Under the pieces are notes generated by a model. That model did no database searches and had not been told where the DNA came from. It saw only the letters and a program-made list of their open reading frames with translations. A program made the position numbers and the translations under genes. From an uncultured delta proteobacterium (GTDB lineage: Bacteria > Desulfobacterota > Desulfobacteria > Desulfobacterales > QNYZ01), in the NCBI GenBank assembly GCA_963845145.1, contig CAWJQU010000004.1, positions 192,001 to 256,000 of the forward strand: a stretch of DNA of 64,000 nt, given 5' to 3'. Of this stretch, positions 18,497-29,347 are shown piece after piece (positions within the stretch are counted from its first letter, which is position 1; each line of letters begins with the position of its first letter).

Positions 18497-19582
18497 CTAT
18501 CCGTTTTTGCTTTCAAAGGTTTTCATAAAGTCTACCAGTGCATTGATGCCATCAATTGAGGTAGCATTGTAGATCGAAGCGCGGCATCCGCCCACCGAGC
18601 GGTGACCTTTTAGCCCACCAAGTCCCTGGTCAATAGCTTCTGCGACAAATTGTTTTTCCAGGTCTTCGGATGGTAGTCTAAAGGTGACATTCATTAGCGA
18701 GCGACCGGCAGGATCGGCCGTGCCGCTATAAAAACCGGAAGCGTCAAATAGATCATAGAGAACTTTCGCTTTTGCTTTGTTCTGCGTTTCCATTGCTTCA
18801 AGTCCCCCCACTGTATCTTCGAGCCATTTTAATACCAGGTCAATCGTATAGATGACAAAACAGGCGGGGGTATTGAACATTGAGTTTTTGGCCGCGAAAG
18901 TTGTGTATTTCAGCATGGTGGGAATGTTATCCGGCACACGTTCCAGCATATCGTCACGGACGATGACAAACGCGCACCCGGCGGGCCCGATGTTTTTCTG
19001 GGCACCTGCATAAATAAGACCAAACGGTGATGCATCGAAAGACCGGGACATGATGTCCGATGACATATCGCAAACCAGAGGTATGTTTCCAGCATCCGGA
19101 AATTGCGCGAATTGCGTGCCCTTGATGGTATTGTTGGAAGTAAAATGCAAGTAAGCCGCATCCGGGTCGATTTTGTAATCGGTTGGAATATAGGAAAAGT
19201 TTTTGTCTTCCGAGGAGGCGATCACACGGGTATCCAAGCCCTGGATTTGGGCTTCCTTAATGGCTTTTGTGGACCAGGTACCGGTATTGATGTAGTCAAC
19301 ACATTGCCCGTTTAGGGCAAAATTCATGGGGATCATGCAAAACTGCAGGCTGGCACCGCCCTGGATAAAAAGGACCTGGTAGCGATCATCCAGGTTCAAC
19401 AGCCGTTTGGTCCGTTCAACGGCATCGTTGATGACATCGTCGAACCATTGGGAACGATGGCTCACCTCGGTGATGGACATGCCCGACCCCTTGAAATCGA
19501 TAAATTGTTCCTGGATCTCTTCAAGCACGGCCAAGGGGAGTGCCGCCGGTCCGGCGTTAAAATTGTGAATGCGATGGGCCAT
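18497..19582 (-). CDS. serC: Phosphoserine aminotransferase
   Basis: HNFNAGPA, EVSHRS, QGGASLQF, YAGAQKNIGPAG, GHRSVGGCRASIYN. Confidence 0.96.
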   Translation of the reverse strand: MAHRIHNFNAGPAALPLAVLEEIQEQFIDFKGSGMSITEVSHRSQWFDDVINDAVERTKRLLNLDDRYQVLFIQGGASLQFCMIPMNFALNGQCVDYINTGTWSTKAIKEAQIQGLDTRVIASSEDKNFSYIPTDYKIDPDAAYLHFTSNNTIKGTQFAQFPDAGNIPLVCDMSSDIMSRSFDASPFGLIYAGAQKNIGPAGCAFVIVRDDMLERVPDNIPTMLKYTTFAAKNSMFNTPACFVIYTIDLVLKWLEDTVGGLEAMETQNKAKAKVLYDLFDASGFYSGTADPAGRSLMNVTFRLPSEDLEKQFVAEAIDQGLGGLKGHRSVGGCRASIYNATSIDGINALVDFMKTFESKNG

Positions 19583-19614
19583 AGTGTCGTCTCCTTTCAA
19601 TCAATGTATGTGGT

Positions 19615-20334
19615 TCAAATAGCGTCTAAAACCCGTTCCTTCCGGGCCATAAAGTCTTTATATATTTGATAATGACCTGTTTTTTCATACTCGATGGGCT
19701 CAATAACGGTGCTGTCAAAATTGTACAATTGGGCCCCGGGACACCCCAGAAGGATTGGAGAGTGGGAAACGATAATAAACTGGGCGTGGCCGTCAGCCCC
19801 CGCGGTCATAAGAACTTTGAGCAGTTCAAGCTGGCTGCGCGGTGACAAAGCGGTTTCCGGTTCATCGAGAAAATAGAGCCCTTTGATGCGATAACGGCTT
19901 TTGAAATAAGACATCAGGGATTGGCCGTGGGATTGGGCCAAAAGTGATTTCCCACCGAAATATTCAAGCAGGGCCGGATCACTGAGCGCCCACTCTTCCA
20001 GGTTGCGTGAAAAGTCTCGGAACATCTCTCCGGAGAAAAAGGCGCCGTTTACGTAGCCGTTGGTCCATTTTACCGTTAAGAACTGGTACAGCATCTTTTC
20101 GTAAGGATTATCAAAAAGTCGCTCAGGGGTACCGTTTTCCCAGATATGGATACCGCACTTATGGGCCATGGCTTCCAGGAGGGTGGTTTTACCGGATCCG
20201 TTTTCACCGACAAAAAAAGTGACCGGAGAACGAAATTCGATGTCGTTGGTATCCTGAAAAAGAGATAGGCTAAACGGATAGCAGTCCTCACGGGGATATG
20301 TTTCCGGTAAAAAAGTCACACGTCGAATATGCAT
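19615..20334 (-). CDS. Stand-alone ABC/AAA ATPase
   Basis: GENGSGKTT, SHGQS, LDEPETALSP, SHSPILL. Confidence 0.85.
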   Translation of the reverse strand: MHIRRVTFLPETYPREDCYPFSLSLFQDTNDIEFRSPVTFFVGENGSGKTTLLEAMAHKCGIHIWENGTPERLFDNPYEKMLYQFLTVKWTNGYVNGAFFSGEMFRDFSRNLEEWALSDPALLEYFGGKSLLAQSHGQSLMSYFKSRYRIKGLYFLDEPETALSPRSQLELLKVLMTAGADGHAQFIIVSHSPILLGCPGAQLYNFDSTVIEPIEYEKTGHYQIYKDFMARKERVLDAI

Positions 20335-20619
20335 GTTAAGAGTACTCCTAACATTTAACCCCCAATGATGCGAAAGTAAGCAATTGGGCGGGGTCGTTTT
20401 TATGAATGCTGATCAGTTTAGGGCTCTTCAGGAAAAAGTTGAGACAATCCATTTGGATAAGGTATTCATCTGTTTTAGTATCTTCCGCCGTACGCTGATC
20501 GGTGATTGCCGAAAGCTTCCCGGTTGAGCCGGGCCGCAATTATAGCAATAGTCGAGCCAAGCCTACTACTAGGCTTAACCAAAAATTACTATCATCCATC
20601 GGGCAAAATAACCACCTGT

Positions 20620-20919
20620 TTACTCAGGCGTCTTTTCTGGCGGCTTTGTCTGAGCCTGTTTGATCAATTCTAAAAGTGAAAGCAATTTGGGTTTGGGCGG
20701 CTGGTGGAAAAGTTGCTGCATCTGTTCAGGGTCCAATCGGGCTTCAAAATAGGCCTGTACATCGAAATATTCGAACCAGCAGTCAAGGGCTTTAAAACAA
20801 GGGATGCCATTGTTTTCAACCTGGCAGTAAGAAAAACTGAGATTGTGACCCAAACGGGGGCAGCGGATGGTATGATCCTCATCGGGCGGTGGTATCTTTT
20901 CTTTCATGTCGTTGTCCAT
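20620..20919 (-). CDS. Cys-rich hypothetical protein
   Basis: RCPRLGH, YC, PCFKALDCW, PKPKLLSLLELI. Confidence 0.65.
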   Translation of the reverse strand: MDNDMKEKIPPPDEDHTIRCPRLGHNLSFSYCQVENNGIPCFKALDCWFEYFDVQAYFEARLDPEQMQQLFHQPPKPKLLSLLELIKQAQTKPPEKTPE

Positions 20920-20953
20920 TGGACACCATTTATATCGAAAATTTGCGTATTTC

Positions 20954-20993
20954 CCCTTCCCGACACACCGCCAACAGCGGTTGTCGGGAAGGG
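20954..20993 (-). terminator. Stem-loop downstream of trpB2
   Basis: CCCTTCCCGACA / TGTCGGGAAGGG. Confidence 0.55.
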
Positions 20994-21024
20994 AGTGATA
21001 CATCAATAAACATCGGCCGGTGAA

Positions 21025-22410
21025 TTAGATATCGCCGGCTTTATACTGTTGTGGCTTAGGCAGCGCCTCAATCTCGGAAAGTGCCCGGCGAATTTCTTCC
21101 GACGGCAGCTCGTGGTTCGCCAGTTCGCCTGCCAGATAGGCCCGGTATGCCCCCATATCCACGAAACCGTGTCCACTCCAGTTGAAGAGTATGACTTTCT
21201 CTTTGCCTTCTTCCTTGGCTTTTAAGGCTTCACGAATGGTTGCGGCGACGGCGTGGTTGGTTTCCGGCGCACTTAGAAATCCCTCACTTTTTGCGAACTT
21301 GATACCGCTTTCAAAAGTTTCCATTTGGGGGATGGCCATGGTGTTGATGAGACCACTCATCACCAATTGGCTGACCAGCGGGGCCATGCCGTGATACCGC
21401 AGACCGCCGGCATGGATCGGGGCCGGAACGAATCCGTGCCCCAGGGTGTGCATGGGGAACAGCGGTGTCGTCGCCATGGTGTCACCGAAGTCATAGGCAA
21501 AGGGCCCTCGGGTCAGGGTAGGGCAGGAGGTCGGTTCAGAGGCGATAATCTCAACTTCTTTGCCATTGATTTTGTCCTGAATAAAGGGAAAGCTCAGTCC
21601 GGCAAAGTTGCTGCCGCCCCCGGCACACCCGATAACGATATCCGGGTAATCGCCGGCGATTTCCATCTGTTTTTTCGCTTCAAGGCCAATAATGGTCTGG
21701 TGAAGCATGACGTGGTTTAACACGCTGCCCAGGGCGTATTTGGTGTCTTCGTTCTGGGCCGCTATTTCGACGGCTTCGCTGATGGCCATACCCAGGCTGC
21801 CGGGCGAATCGGGGTTTTTCTCCAGAATCGATCGGCCGGCGTTGGTTTCTGTGCTGGGGCTGGCGGTACAGTTAGCGCCCCAGGTCTGCATCATGACCCG
21901 TCGATACGGTTTTTGGTTGTAGCTGATCTTAACCATAAAAACCTTGCACTCCAGGCCAAAAAGAGAGCAGCAAAAAGCGAGGGCACTGCCCCATTGACCG
22001 GCGCCGGTTTCAGTCGTAATTTTTTTGGTACCGGCTACTTTATTGTAATAGGCTTGGGCAATGGCCGTGTTGGGCTTATGGCTGCCGGCTGGGCTCACAC
22101 CTTCGTTTTTATAATAAATTTTTGCGGGCGTATCCAATGCTTTTTCCAGATCGAAGGCCCGATAGAGGGGGGAGGGACGCCAAATTCGGTATTTTTCCAG
22201 GACAGGCTCCGGAATGTCGATCCATCTTTCCTGGCTGACTTCCTGTTCAATCAGGTTCATGGGAAAAAGGGGGGCTAGATCATCGGGGCCGGCGGGTTGA
22301 CCTGTCCCCGGGTGTAGGGGGGGTTCCATCGGCGTGGGCATATCGGCGGCGATGTTGTACCATTGGGTCGGCATTTCCGATTCCGGCAAAAAGATTTTTT
22401 TAGTTTCCAT
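21025..22410 (-). CDS. trpB2: TrpB-like PLP enzyme (tryptophan synthase beta, TrpB2 type)
   Basis: [37 protein letters not shown]; not in a trp operon. Confidence 0.93.
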   Translation of the reverse strand: METKKIFLPESEMPTQWYNIAADMPTPMEPPLHPGTGQPAGPDDLAPLFPMNLIEQEVSQERWIDIPEPVLEKYRIWRPSPLYRAFDLEKALDTPAKIYYKNEGVSPAGSHKPNTAIAQAYYNKVAGTKKITTETGAGQWGSALAFCCSLFGLECKVFMVKISYNQKPYRRVMMQTWGANCTASPSTETNAGRSILEKNPDSPGSLGMAISEAVEIAAQNEDTKYALGSVLNHVMLHQTIIGLEAKKQMEIAGDYPDIVIGCAGGGSNFAGLSFPFIQDKINGKEVEIIASEPTSCPTLTRGPFAYDFGDTMATTPLFPMHTLGHGFVPAPIHAGGLRYHGMAPLVSQLVMSGLINTMAIPQMETFESGIKFAKSEGFLSAPETNHAVAATIREALKAKEEGKEKVILFNWSGHGFVDMGAYRAYLAGELANHELPSEEIRRALSEIEALPKPQQYKAGDI

Positions 22411-22666
22411 GGCTCCTCCTTAAGGTTGGTTGATATTGGTTTCGAAATCACGTCTGAGGCTCGATGGTCGAACGTCGTCTATTCTTTTGAAACCGCTTCT
22501 ATGAACGGGTTATTGTTTGCCCCAGTCAAATTGTTGCCAGGGACGATTAAAGTCCGCGCTGGACTTACAGTGGTTATCCTTAACTGACCCTTTTTAAGTA
22601 TCTGTAGGAAAATGTCTTTGTTAAAATCCGTTTAATGGGGGCACTATCAGAAGGCCCTCATTCATT

Positions 22667-23620
22667 TTATTCCGTATTGGTCATGTTGACCGTGTTTTTA
22701 ATCTTTCCGTGTAGCAGATAATCGATCATCTGGTTGGCCACATCCACCGCCACATTGATCTGGGCTTCGCGGGTGGAAGCTCCCAGGTGTGGCGTGCATA
22801 TGAAATTGGGCAGATCCATCAGTTTGATCTTGCCCGGTGGTTCGGTGGCGAAAACGTCCAAAGCCGCTCCGGCCAGAGGACCATCTACGAGCGCATCGTA
22901 AAGATCATCCTGATTGACGATACCGCCGCGGGCACAGTTGACCAGAAAGGTTTCCTTTTTCATCCGGCTAAAGGCATCCTTATTGACCAGATTGCGGGTT
23001 TCTTCGGTTACCGGCGTGTGAATGGTGATATAATCGGAACAGGCCAATAATTCATCGAAATCTACGGGTGTGAGGCCTGCTTTGCGAGCGGTTTCGGGAT
23101 CGAGATAGGGATCGTAAACCACGGTTTTCATCTTCAATCCCTGGGCGCGGTCAGCCACGATCATGCCGATCTTCCCGGCACCGATCAACCCTAGGGTTTT
23201 GTTGAACAGTTCCCGGCCCTGCAATTGTTTCTTTTCCCAACGTCCGTCTTTTAATGAGGCCGTCGCCTGGGGAATGTTACGCGATAAGGCCATCATCATG
23301 GCGATGGCGTGTTCAGCGGTGGTAGTGGCATTGCCAAACGGGGTATTCATTACGGCAATGTTGCGTTCACTTGCGGCCGGAATGTCAACATTGTCCAATC
23401 CAATACCGGCACGGCCCACGACTTTTAGATTATCTGCAGCAGCAATAAGGTCGGCATTGACTTTGGTGGCACTGCGGATCACCAACCCATCGTAAGGGCC
23501 GATGATTTCAAGACGCTGTTCCGGCGTAAGCCCGGTGTTGACATCAACCTCAATGCCCGATGTATTCTTGAAGATATCGATGCCGACTTCCGACAGTGGA
23601 TCACTTACCAATACTTTCAT
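22667..23620 (-). CDS. serA: D-3-phosphoglycerate dehydrogenase, short form without ASB/ACT domains
   Basis: IRSATKV, GRAGIGLDNVD, NCARGG, TPHLGASTREAQ; 317 aa. Confidence 0.85.
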   Translation of the reverse strand: MKVLVSDPLSEVGIDIFKNTSGIEVDVNTGLTPEQRLEIIGPYDGLVIRSATKVNADLIAAADNLKVVGRAGIGLDNVDIPAASERNIAVMNTPFGNATTTAEHAIAMMMALSRNIPQATASLKDGRWEKKQLQGRELFNKTLGLIGAGKIGMIVADRAQGLKMKTVVYDPYLDPETARKAGLTPVDFDELLACSDYITIHTPVTEETRNLVNKDAFSRMKKETFLVNCARGGIVNQDDLYDALVDGPLAGAALDVFATEPPGKIKLMDLPNFICTPHLGASTREAQINVAVDVANQMIDYLLHGKIKNTVNMTNTE

Positions 23621-23909
23621 TTGCAGACTCCTTTGACGCGGTTACGTGTTTTTGTCATCCAATGCAAGCAAGGCCTGTTCTGGTGCAAGGGTTGCGGGTA
23701 GTGGCTTGAGTGGCCTGCGGACACGGGATCATTGTTAAAAGAGCGGGATGGTTGTTAACGGAATTGGCTGAACTGAATTCATAAAATTCGATAGTATAAT
23801 TAACCGAATTAAATGTCCGCCGTCAAGAGTGTTAAAAAGATGATAAAACGGTGATCAAAATTAACCGATATGAGCCGATAAAGCATGGGTTTCTTGTTGA
23901 GGGACGTTA

Positions 23910-26084
23910 TCATTTTATCAGTGAGAGGAGATACGAACGCAGGTTGGTACCTTTTTTTTTCAAGCCGAGTTTGGTTCGAATACGGTAGCGGTGGGATGAA
24001 ACGGTATTTAACGAAATGGTCAGCAATTCTGCGATTTCTTTATTGGTCAACCCCTCTTTGACCAGCTGGGCAATACGAATTTCCATGGGGGTCAGATTCA
24101 GCATGCTGGAGGAGAGCCTGCTGATCAAAGGCGAAGTTACATCGTTTAGGTTCGCTTCTAGCATACCGAGCAGCACCTGTTGACGGTGTTGCAGAGGTTG
24201 CCCCTTCAACCGCTCGACATAGGGAATGACCGATTGTTTGACATGGGCTAGAATATTTTCATTGTCCTCTTTCCGTTTTTCCTCCACCTGTTTTAAAACG
24301 ACTTTGAGGGCAATGTTGGCCTCTTCCAGGTGGGTCGATTGGGCTTTTAGCTCGCTTTCGCGATTTTTTAAATCTTCCATCGATACTTTGTGGGCCGTTA
24401 TGTCGCGGCCCTCCGCGACCAGCAAAATGTTCCGGCCATGCTCATCCTTAATCGGCTTAATGGAAAAATCGATGGTATGGATATGGCCGTCGTGGGCCGT
24501 GTGGAGGGCCTCAAAGCGTACCAGTCTTCCTTGGGCGGCATCCTGAATGGCTTTTCGCAAGCGGGGGTGCTCTTTTGGATGGGCCGCCCACCAGGGTGTT
24601 TCCCAAAATGGGTGGCCGATGACGTGGGACAGGGTGGTCCCGGCAAAGCCCAAGGCGGTCTTGTTTATTTTAACGACGGTGCCTTTCAGGTCGAGGATAC
24701 CGATGAGCTGGAAAGTCTGATCGAAAATGGCTTCAAACATGGCCTCGCTTTGCTGCAGGGCTTTGTGGGCTTCACGCCGTCGCTCGATTTCCTGGGCCAG
24801 ACGCCGGTTGATTTTGGTTAATTTATCGGTCCGTTGCCTAACCAGGTCTTCCAAGTGATCGCGGTGGGTACGTAATTCATCCTGAGCTCTTTGCCGCTCG
24901 GTAATATCGATACCCAGAGCGAAAAAATAATCGAGGTTGCCGTCATCATTTGAAATGCGGCGGCCGTGCCACTCAACCAGCCGCTTCAGGCCGTCTTTGG
25001 TGATCATCTCGCCCCGGTCGACGGCGATAGTGTCCGGATCATCGATTTGGCGGAAGCTTTCAATCAGTCGGGCCCATTGCTTTCGAGGCACAAAGGTTTT
25101 TAGATAATTTTTATCCACGACCTCGTCGGCCGTGTAACCCAGGGTTTTCAACATGGCATCGTTCATCAGAAGTGTACGACCGTCCGCGGCGATGGCCACG
25201 AAAAAGGCGGGCGACGTCTGAATGATGGTGGCATTAAACTCTTTTTCCTTTCGCAGCTCATCCTCCAGGCGTTTGCGTTGAAAAAACTCGGGAATATCGA
25301 TATCGCCGAAGTCAACTTCTTTACGATGGGGTTGTTGGCTATAGCGGGCGATGTGATCCTTGATTTTGTGCGGCGGGGCCATAATGAAGCGACAGCGCGG
25401 GTCGCCTTTGGATCGGCATTCGATTTCAGCTGCTACCAGGGGGATCCCGAAACTTTCTTCACACCAGCCCGAGGAATACCCCGCGTTCATAATACAAACG
25501 GGAAAGTCGGTCTGCTTCTCATTTCGCTGCCAAGAATCGGCTTCGAACGAGAAGGGATGATCGTAGATAAGGTAAAAATGTTCATCGGGGGTGGGATTTG
25601 ATTCCGGTAAAATATCCACATAGGCCCACCCCGTGTGGGCAAAATGAATGGGGCCGGCCGATAGCCTGGCAATGGGATCGGTGACGCCTAATTTGGTAAA
25701 AAAGCTACGCGCATCAGCCTTGGCGATGGAATGGGCCATGTCGTAGAGAAAACCAAAGATCACATTGCGGGCTTCCTTGGGACCCCGATCCTGGTAAAAC
25801 GTCGTCATTAATTCGAAAAATTCATGGGACATGGATGCGGCCCGCACCAGAATATAACGTTCACCGGAAATATCGATGATACCCTTCTGGGGGGATTCTT
25901 TTTTATCGGCGAAATAGCGTTCGACATATTTCTGGGCATTTAAAAAATCGGCACGCAGCCCTGTGGGGACCTTGACGCTGGTCAAGGCCTCGGCTGAAGG
26001 CGTGTCTTTTTCGAGCGATTCCGAAGAGGTGGTCGCGGCCGAAGATGGCTGAGGGGTCGGCGTGGGCTGCTGGGGTTCGTCCAT
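23910..26084 (-). CDS. V4R/XylR-N + PAS + PAS + LuxR-HTH transcriptional regulator
   Basis: GPIHFAHTGWA, GYSSGWCEESFG, EIECRSKGDPRCRF; two PAS/PAC blocks; LTPMEIRIA..GLTNKEIA..TVSSHRYRIRTKLG. Confidence 0.85.
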   Translation of the reverse strand: MDEPQQPTPTPQPSSAATTSSESLEKDTPSAEALTSVKVPTGLRADFLNAQKYVERYFADKKESPQKGIIDISGERYILVRAASMSHEFFELMTTFYQDRGPKEARNVIFGFLYDMAHSIAKADARSFFTKLGVTDPIARLSAGPIHFAHTGWAYVDILPESNPTPDEHFYLIYDHPFSFEADSWQRNEKQTDFPVCIMNAGYSSGWCEESFGIPLVAAEIECRSKGDPRCRFIMAPPHKIKDHIARYSQQPHRKEVDFGDIDIPEFFQRKRLEDELRKEKEFNATIIQTSPAFFVAIAADGRTLLMNDAMLKTLGYTADEVVDKNYLKTFVPRKQWARLIESFRQIDDPDTIAVDRGEMITKDGLKRLVEWHGRRISNDDGNLDYFFALGIDITERQRAQDELRTHRDHLEDLVRQRTDKLTKINRRLAQEIERRREAHKALQQSEAMFEAIFDQTFQLIGILDLKGTVVKINKTALGFAGTTLSHVIGHPFWETPWWAAHPKEHPRLRKAIQDAAQGRLVRFEALHTAHDGHIHTIDFSIKPIKDEHGRNILLVAEGRDITAHKVSMEDLKNRESELKAQSTHLEEANIALKVVLKQVEEKRKEDNENILAHVKQSVIPYVERLKGQPLQHRQQVLLGMLEANLNDVTSPLISRLSSSMLNLTPMEIRIAQLVKEGLTNKEIAELLTISLNTVSSHRYRIRTKLGLKKKGTNLRSYLLSLIK

Positions 26085-26116
26085 GACAGAGATCCTTTTA
26101 CGTCTATCGACTACGT

Positions 26117-27340
26117 CTAACTGCCAAAATCATCAAAGGCGATCATTTCAGGTTCCACACCGAGGTTGTCCAGCATGATAAAGACCGCCTGCATCATCAA
26201 AGGGGGGCCGCAAAGATAATACTCGATTTCCGTGGGGTCTTCATGGGTGGAGAGGTAGCGGTCATGGACCACCTGGTGGATAAAACCGGTGAAGCCCTCC
26301 CAGTGGTCTTCCGGCTGGGGTTCAGAAAGGGCCACATGGTAGGAGAAATGAGGAAATTTCACTGTGAGTTCGGAAAATTCCTCATCGTAAAACATCTCCT
26401 GTTTAGACCGGGCGCCGTACCAGAAGGTCATTCTGCGATCTGTTTTTTCGGTCAACAATTGGTGGCGGATATGGGATCGTAGGGGTGCCATCCCGGCCCC
26501 GCCGCCGATAAAGCACATTTCGCGTTGCGTATTGCGTATGAAAAAATCACCGTAGGGACCGCTTAAGGTGACTTTATCCCCCGGTTTTAAGTTAAAGACA
26601 TATGACGAACCGATACCAGGGGGTGCATCGGGTTTACCTCGGGGCGGCGTAGCGATGCGAATGGTAAATCTAAGTAGATTTTTTTCCATCGGTGAGCTGG
26701 CCAGGGAGTAGGCCCGATTGGAGGGCTCCGATGTCCCGGCTTCCAATTGAAGCAGGTTGAATTGTTTCCAGGTGTTGACAAACCGCGTGGCAACCTGGAA
26801 CTCGTCAAAAGCCGCCTGATATTCGGGGATATCGATCTGAATGTAGGCGCCTGATTTGTACTCCAGGGCCTGATCGTCGTCGAGGCGAATCGCCAGTTCT
26901 TTAATGAACGTGGCCACATTATCATTGGAAACAACCGTGGCCGTAAATTTTTTGACATTGAAGACCTCTTCGGGAATACGGATCTTCATATCTTGTTTGA
27001 CTTTTACCTGGCATGCCAGGCGAATGTGATCTCGCCGCTCTTTGCGGTTGACCAGGGAAAGCTCTGTGGGCAGGATATCCCCACCGCCTTTTTCCACAAC
27101 GCATTTGCAGGTACCGCAGGTTCCCTTTCCTCCGCAGGCACATGGGATCAAGACTCTGTTATCCAACAGGGCCGCCAGCAGGGTTTTATTGCCGGGCGTG
27201 GTGATGCCCTTGTCTTCATCGTCGTTGATAATAATTTTTCGGTCGCCCTTAACGGTCACCCGGGATTCCACTAGAAGCAGCAACCCCACCAGCGTGAGGA
27301 TAACCGCTAAAAAAACCGTCGTGCTAAACAGGTATACCAA
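26117..27340 (-). CDS. nqrF: Na+-translocating NADH:quinone reductase subunit F
   Basis: CGGKGTCGTCKC, RLACQVKV, RAYS, GGGAGMAP, YLCGPP, FDDFG. Confidence 0.95.
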   Translation of the reverse strand: MVYLFSTTVFLAVILTLVGLLLLVESRVTVKGDRKIIINDDEDKGITTPGNKTLLAALLDNRVLIPCACGGKGTCGTCKCVVEKGGGDILPTELSLVNRKERRDHIRLACQVKVKQDMKIRIPEEVFNVKKFTATVVSNDNVATFIKELAIRLDDDQALEYKSGAYIQIDIPEYQAAFDEFQVATRFVNTWKQFNLLQLEAGTSEPSNRAYSLASSPMEKNLLRFTIRIATPPRGKPDAPPGIGSSYVFNLKPGDKVTLSGPYGDFFIRNTQREMCFIGGGAGMAPLRSHIRHQLLTEKTDRRMTFWYGARSKQEMFYDEEFSELTVKFPHFSYHVALSEPQPEDHWEGFTGFIHQVVHDRYLSTHEDPTEIEYYLCGPPLMMQAVFIMLDNLGVEPEMIAFDDFGS

Positions 27341-27358
27341 AACGATTCATCTCTTTTG

Positions 27359-27967
27359 TTACATGGTTATTCCGGAGAACAACATAAACGCCATGGCCAT
27401 CAAACCGGTCGTTATGATGCTGATACCAAATCCTTGAAGCCCTTCGGGAACGTCGGCGTAACGCAGTTTTTGTTGAATGGCGGCCATGGAAATGATGGCC
27501 AGGGCCCAGCCGACCCCCGAACCCAATCCGTAGACCACTGATTCACCAAAAGTATACCGTCGTTCCACCATAAAAAGGGACGCACCCAAGATCGCACAAT
27601 TAACCGTAATAAGTGGTAAAAAGACGCCCAAGGCATTGTACAAAGCCTGGGAATAGCGATCGATGACCATCTCCACGATTTGAACGATTCCGGCAATTAC
27701 GGCAATAAACAGGACCAGTTTTAAAAATTGCAGATCCACATCGGGCAGCCCGGCCCAGGCTAGTGCGCCGGGTGCCAAAAGGGTATGATATATCAGCCAG
27801 TTGACCGGTGTGGTGATGGTCATGACGAACACAACCGCCAATCCCAAACCCGTTGCCGTTTTCAGGTTTTTGGATACGGCCAGAAATGAGCACATCCCTA
27901 AAAAATAGGCCAGCAGAATGTTGCCCACAAAAACCGAATTGAGAAAAAGGCTGATCAGATCTTCCAA
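27359..27967 (-). CDS. nqrE: Na+-NQR subunit E
   Basis: [24 protein letters not shown]. Confidence 0.95.
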   Translation of the reverse strand: MEDLISLFLNSVFVGNILLAYFLGMCSFLAVSKNLKTATGLGLAVVFVMTITTPVNWLIYHTLLAPGALAWAGLPDVDLQFLKLVLFIAVIAGIVQIVEMVIDRYSQALYNALGVFLPLITVNCAILGASLFMVERRYTFGESVVYGLGSGVGWALAIISMAAIQQKLRYADVPEGLQGFGISIITTGLMAMAFMLFSGITM

Positions 27968-27970
27968 ACG

Positions 27971-28597
27971 TCAATCCTTTAAAATAGTATGTTCCAGCCA
28001 GACAAACAGTCCGATCATGATAAATGCGCCCGGTGCAAGCACCATGAGCCCCATGTTTTCATAGCCGGCCTGGTAAAACGATTGCGGAATGACCTGAAAC
28101 CCCAAAAGCTTGCCGGATCCGAGCAGCTCCCTGAAAAAAGCCACACCCATCAGGATGGAACCGTATCCAATGCCGTTGGCAATACCGTCGATGAACGATC
28201 GCCCCGGCGGGTTGGTCATGGCAAAGGTTTCGGCGCGACCCATGACAATACAGTTGGTAATGATGAGCCCCACAAACACCGACAGCTGCTTGCTGACATC
28301 GTACATAAATGCTTTCAAAAACTCATCGGCCAGAATGACCAGCGTGGCAATGACCGCCACTTCCACAATAATGCGAATATTGCGGGGAATCTGATTGCGC
28401 ATCAGCGAAATCGACAGGTTAGAAAAGGCAACCACGAAGGTCAGGGCCAGCGACATAACCAGGGCTGTTTTCAACTGCACGGTGACGGCCAGGGCCGAGC
28501 AGATCCCCAGGATTTGTTTTGAGATGGGATTGCTCTCCCATAGGGCCGCTGAAATGGCTTTGTATGATGGCGTGCGGGTCAGTTTCATTGGGCTCAA
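27971..28597 (-). CDS. nqrD: Na+-NQR subunit D
   Basis: [28 protein letters not shown]. Confidence 0.95.
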   Translation of the reverse strand: MSPMKLTRTPSYKAISAALWESNPISKQILGICSALAVTVQLKTALVMSLALTFVVAFSNLSISLMRNQIPRNIRIIVEVAVIATLVILADEFLKAFMYDVSKQLSVFVGLIITNCIVMGRAETFAMTNPPGRSFIDGIANGIGYGSILMGVAFFRELLGSGKLLGFQVIPQSFYQAGYENMGLMVLAPGAFIMIGLFVWLEHTILKD

Positions 28598-28630
28598 TAC
28601 ATCGTTAGATTCGTGTTAGTCGGTTATGTT

Positions 28631-29347
28631 TCATTGACATAGGGTCACCTTGCCACACTTGTTTTTCCGAAATTTAACGGCCACCGGTTCATAATCACGC
28701 AAAATATCCGCCAAACCGGAGGTGAGGAATTTACCGGTCAAAGTGGCACCGCTGATACCGTCCACATAGTTTTCCTGCTTTTCCTTCGGGACCATTTTTT
28801 TAGCCACACCTTTGGCGACACCGATGGAGACAAAATCGCCATCGGCATTGATCACTTTTTTACCGACGAAATTTTTCTGAAACCAACGTTTTTCGATTTC
28901 ACCCCCCAGACCCGGCGTTTCCGAATGTTTAAATACGGTAAATCCCCGGACGGTTTCCCCATCGGCCTCAAAGGCCAGATAGCCGTGGATCTTTCCCCAC
29001 AGCCCGCTGGTGTCAATGGGAATGACATATGCTTTAATATCGTCGTCCGGTGCATAGAGCCAGATGGGAAGATCCGTGGGGTTTCGCTCTTTTTCCGAAA
29101 CGATTCGGCCGGAATGGTCGACAAACAGGGCCCTTAGGTTCTCTTGGTACAGGTTTTCGATATCCCCGGCGGCATAGGGCTGGGTTGGGACCAGCAATCC
29201 GGCGGCTTGAAGAATGTTTTTTTGACGATCAATGCGAATATTGCGTTGTTGAAAGTGCCTTAAACCGGTCGAGGCCGTCGTCAAAAGCAGGCTGCAGACG
29301 ATACTTAAGATAATGGCAAAAGAAAATGATTTTAATGCCTTAGACAT
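28631..29347 (-). CDS. nqrC: Na+-NQR subunit C
   Basis: GLWG, ETPGLGGEI, VDGISGATLT flavinylation motif. Confidence 0.95.
   Translation of the reverse strand: MSKALKSFSFAIILSIVCSLLLTTASTGLRHFQQRNIRIDRQKNILQAAGLLVPTQPYAAGDIENLYQENLRALFVDHSGRIVSEKERNPTDLPIWLYAPDDDIKAYVIPIDTSGLWGKIHGYLAFEADGETVRGFTVFKHSETPGLGGEIEKRWFQKNFVGKKVINADGDFVSIGVAKGVAKKMVPKEKQENYVDGISGATLTGKFLTSGLADILRDYEPVAVKFRKNKCGKVTLCQ

Noticed and set aside
23655..23732. 25-codon leader peptide upstream of serA
   Set aside because: No SD, no Ser or Trp codon run and no attenuator structure.
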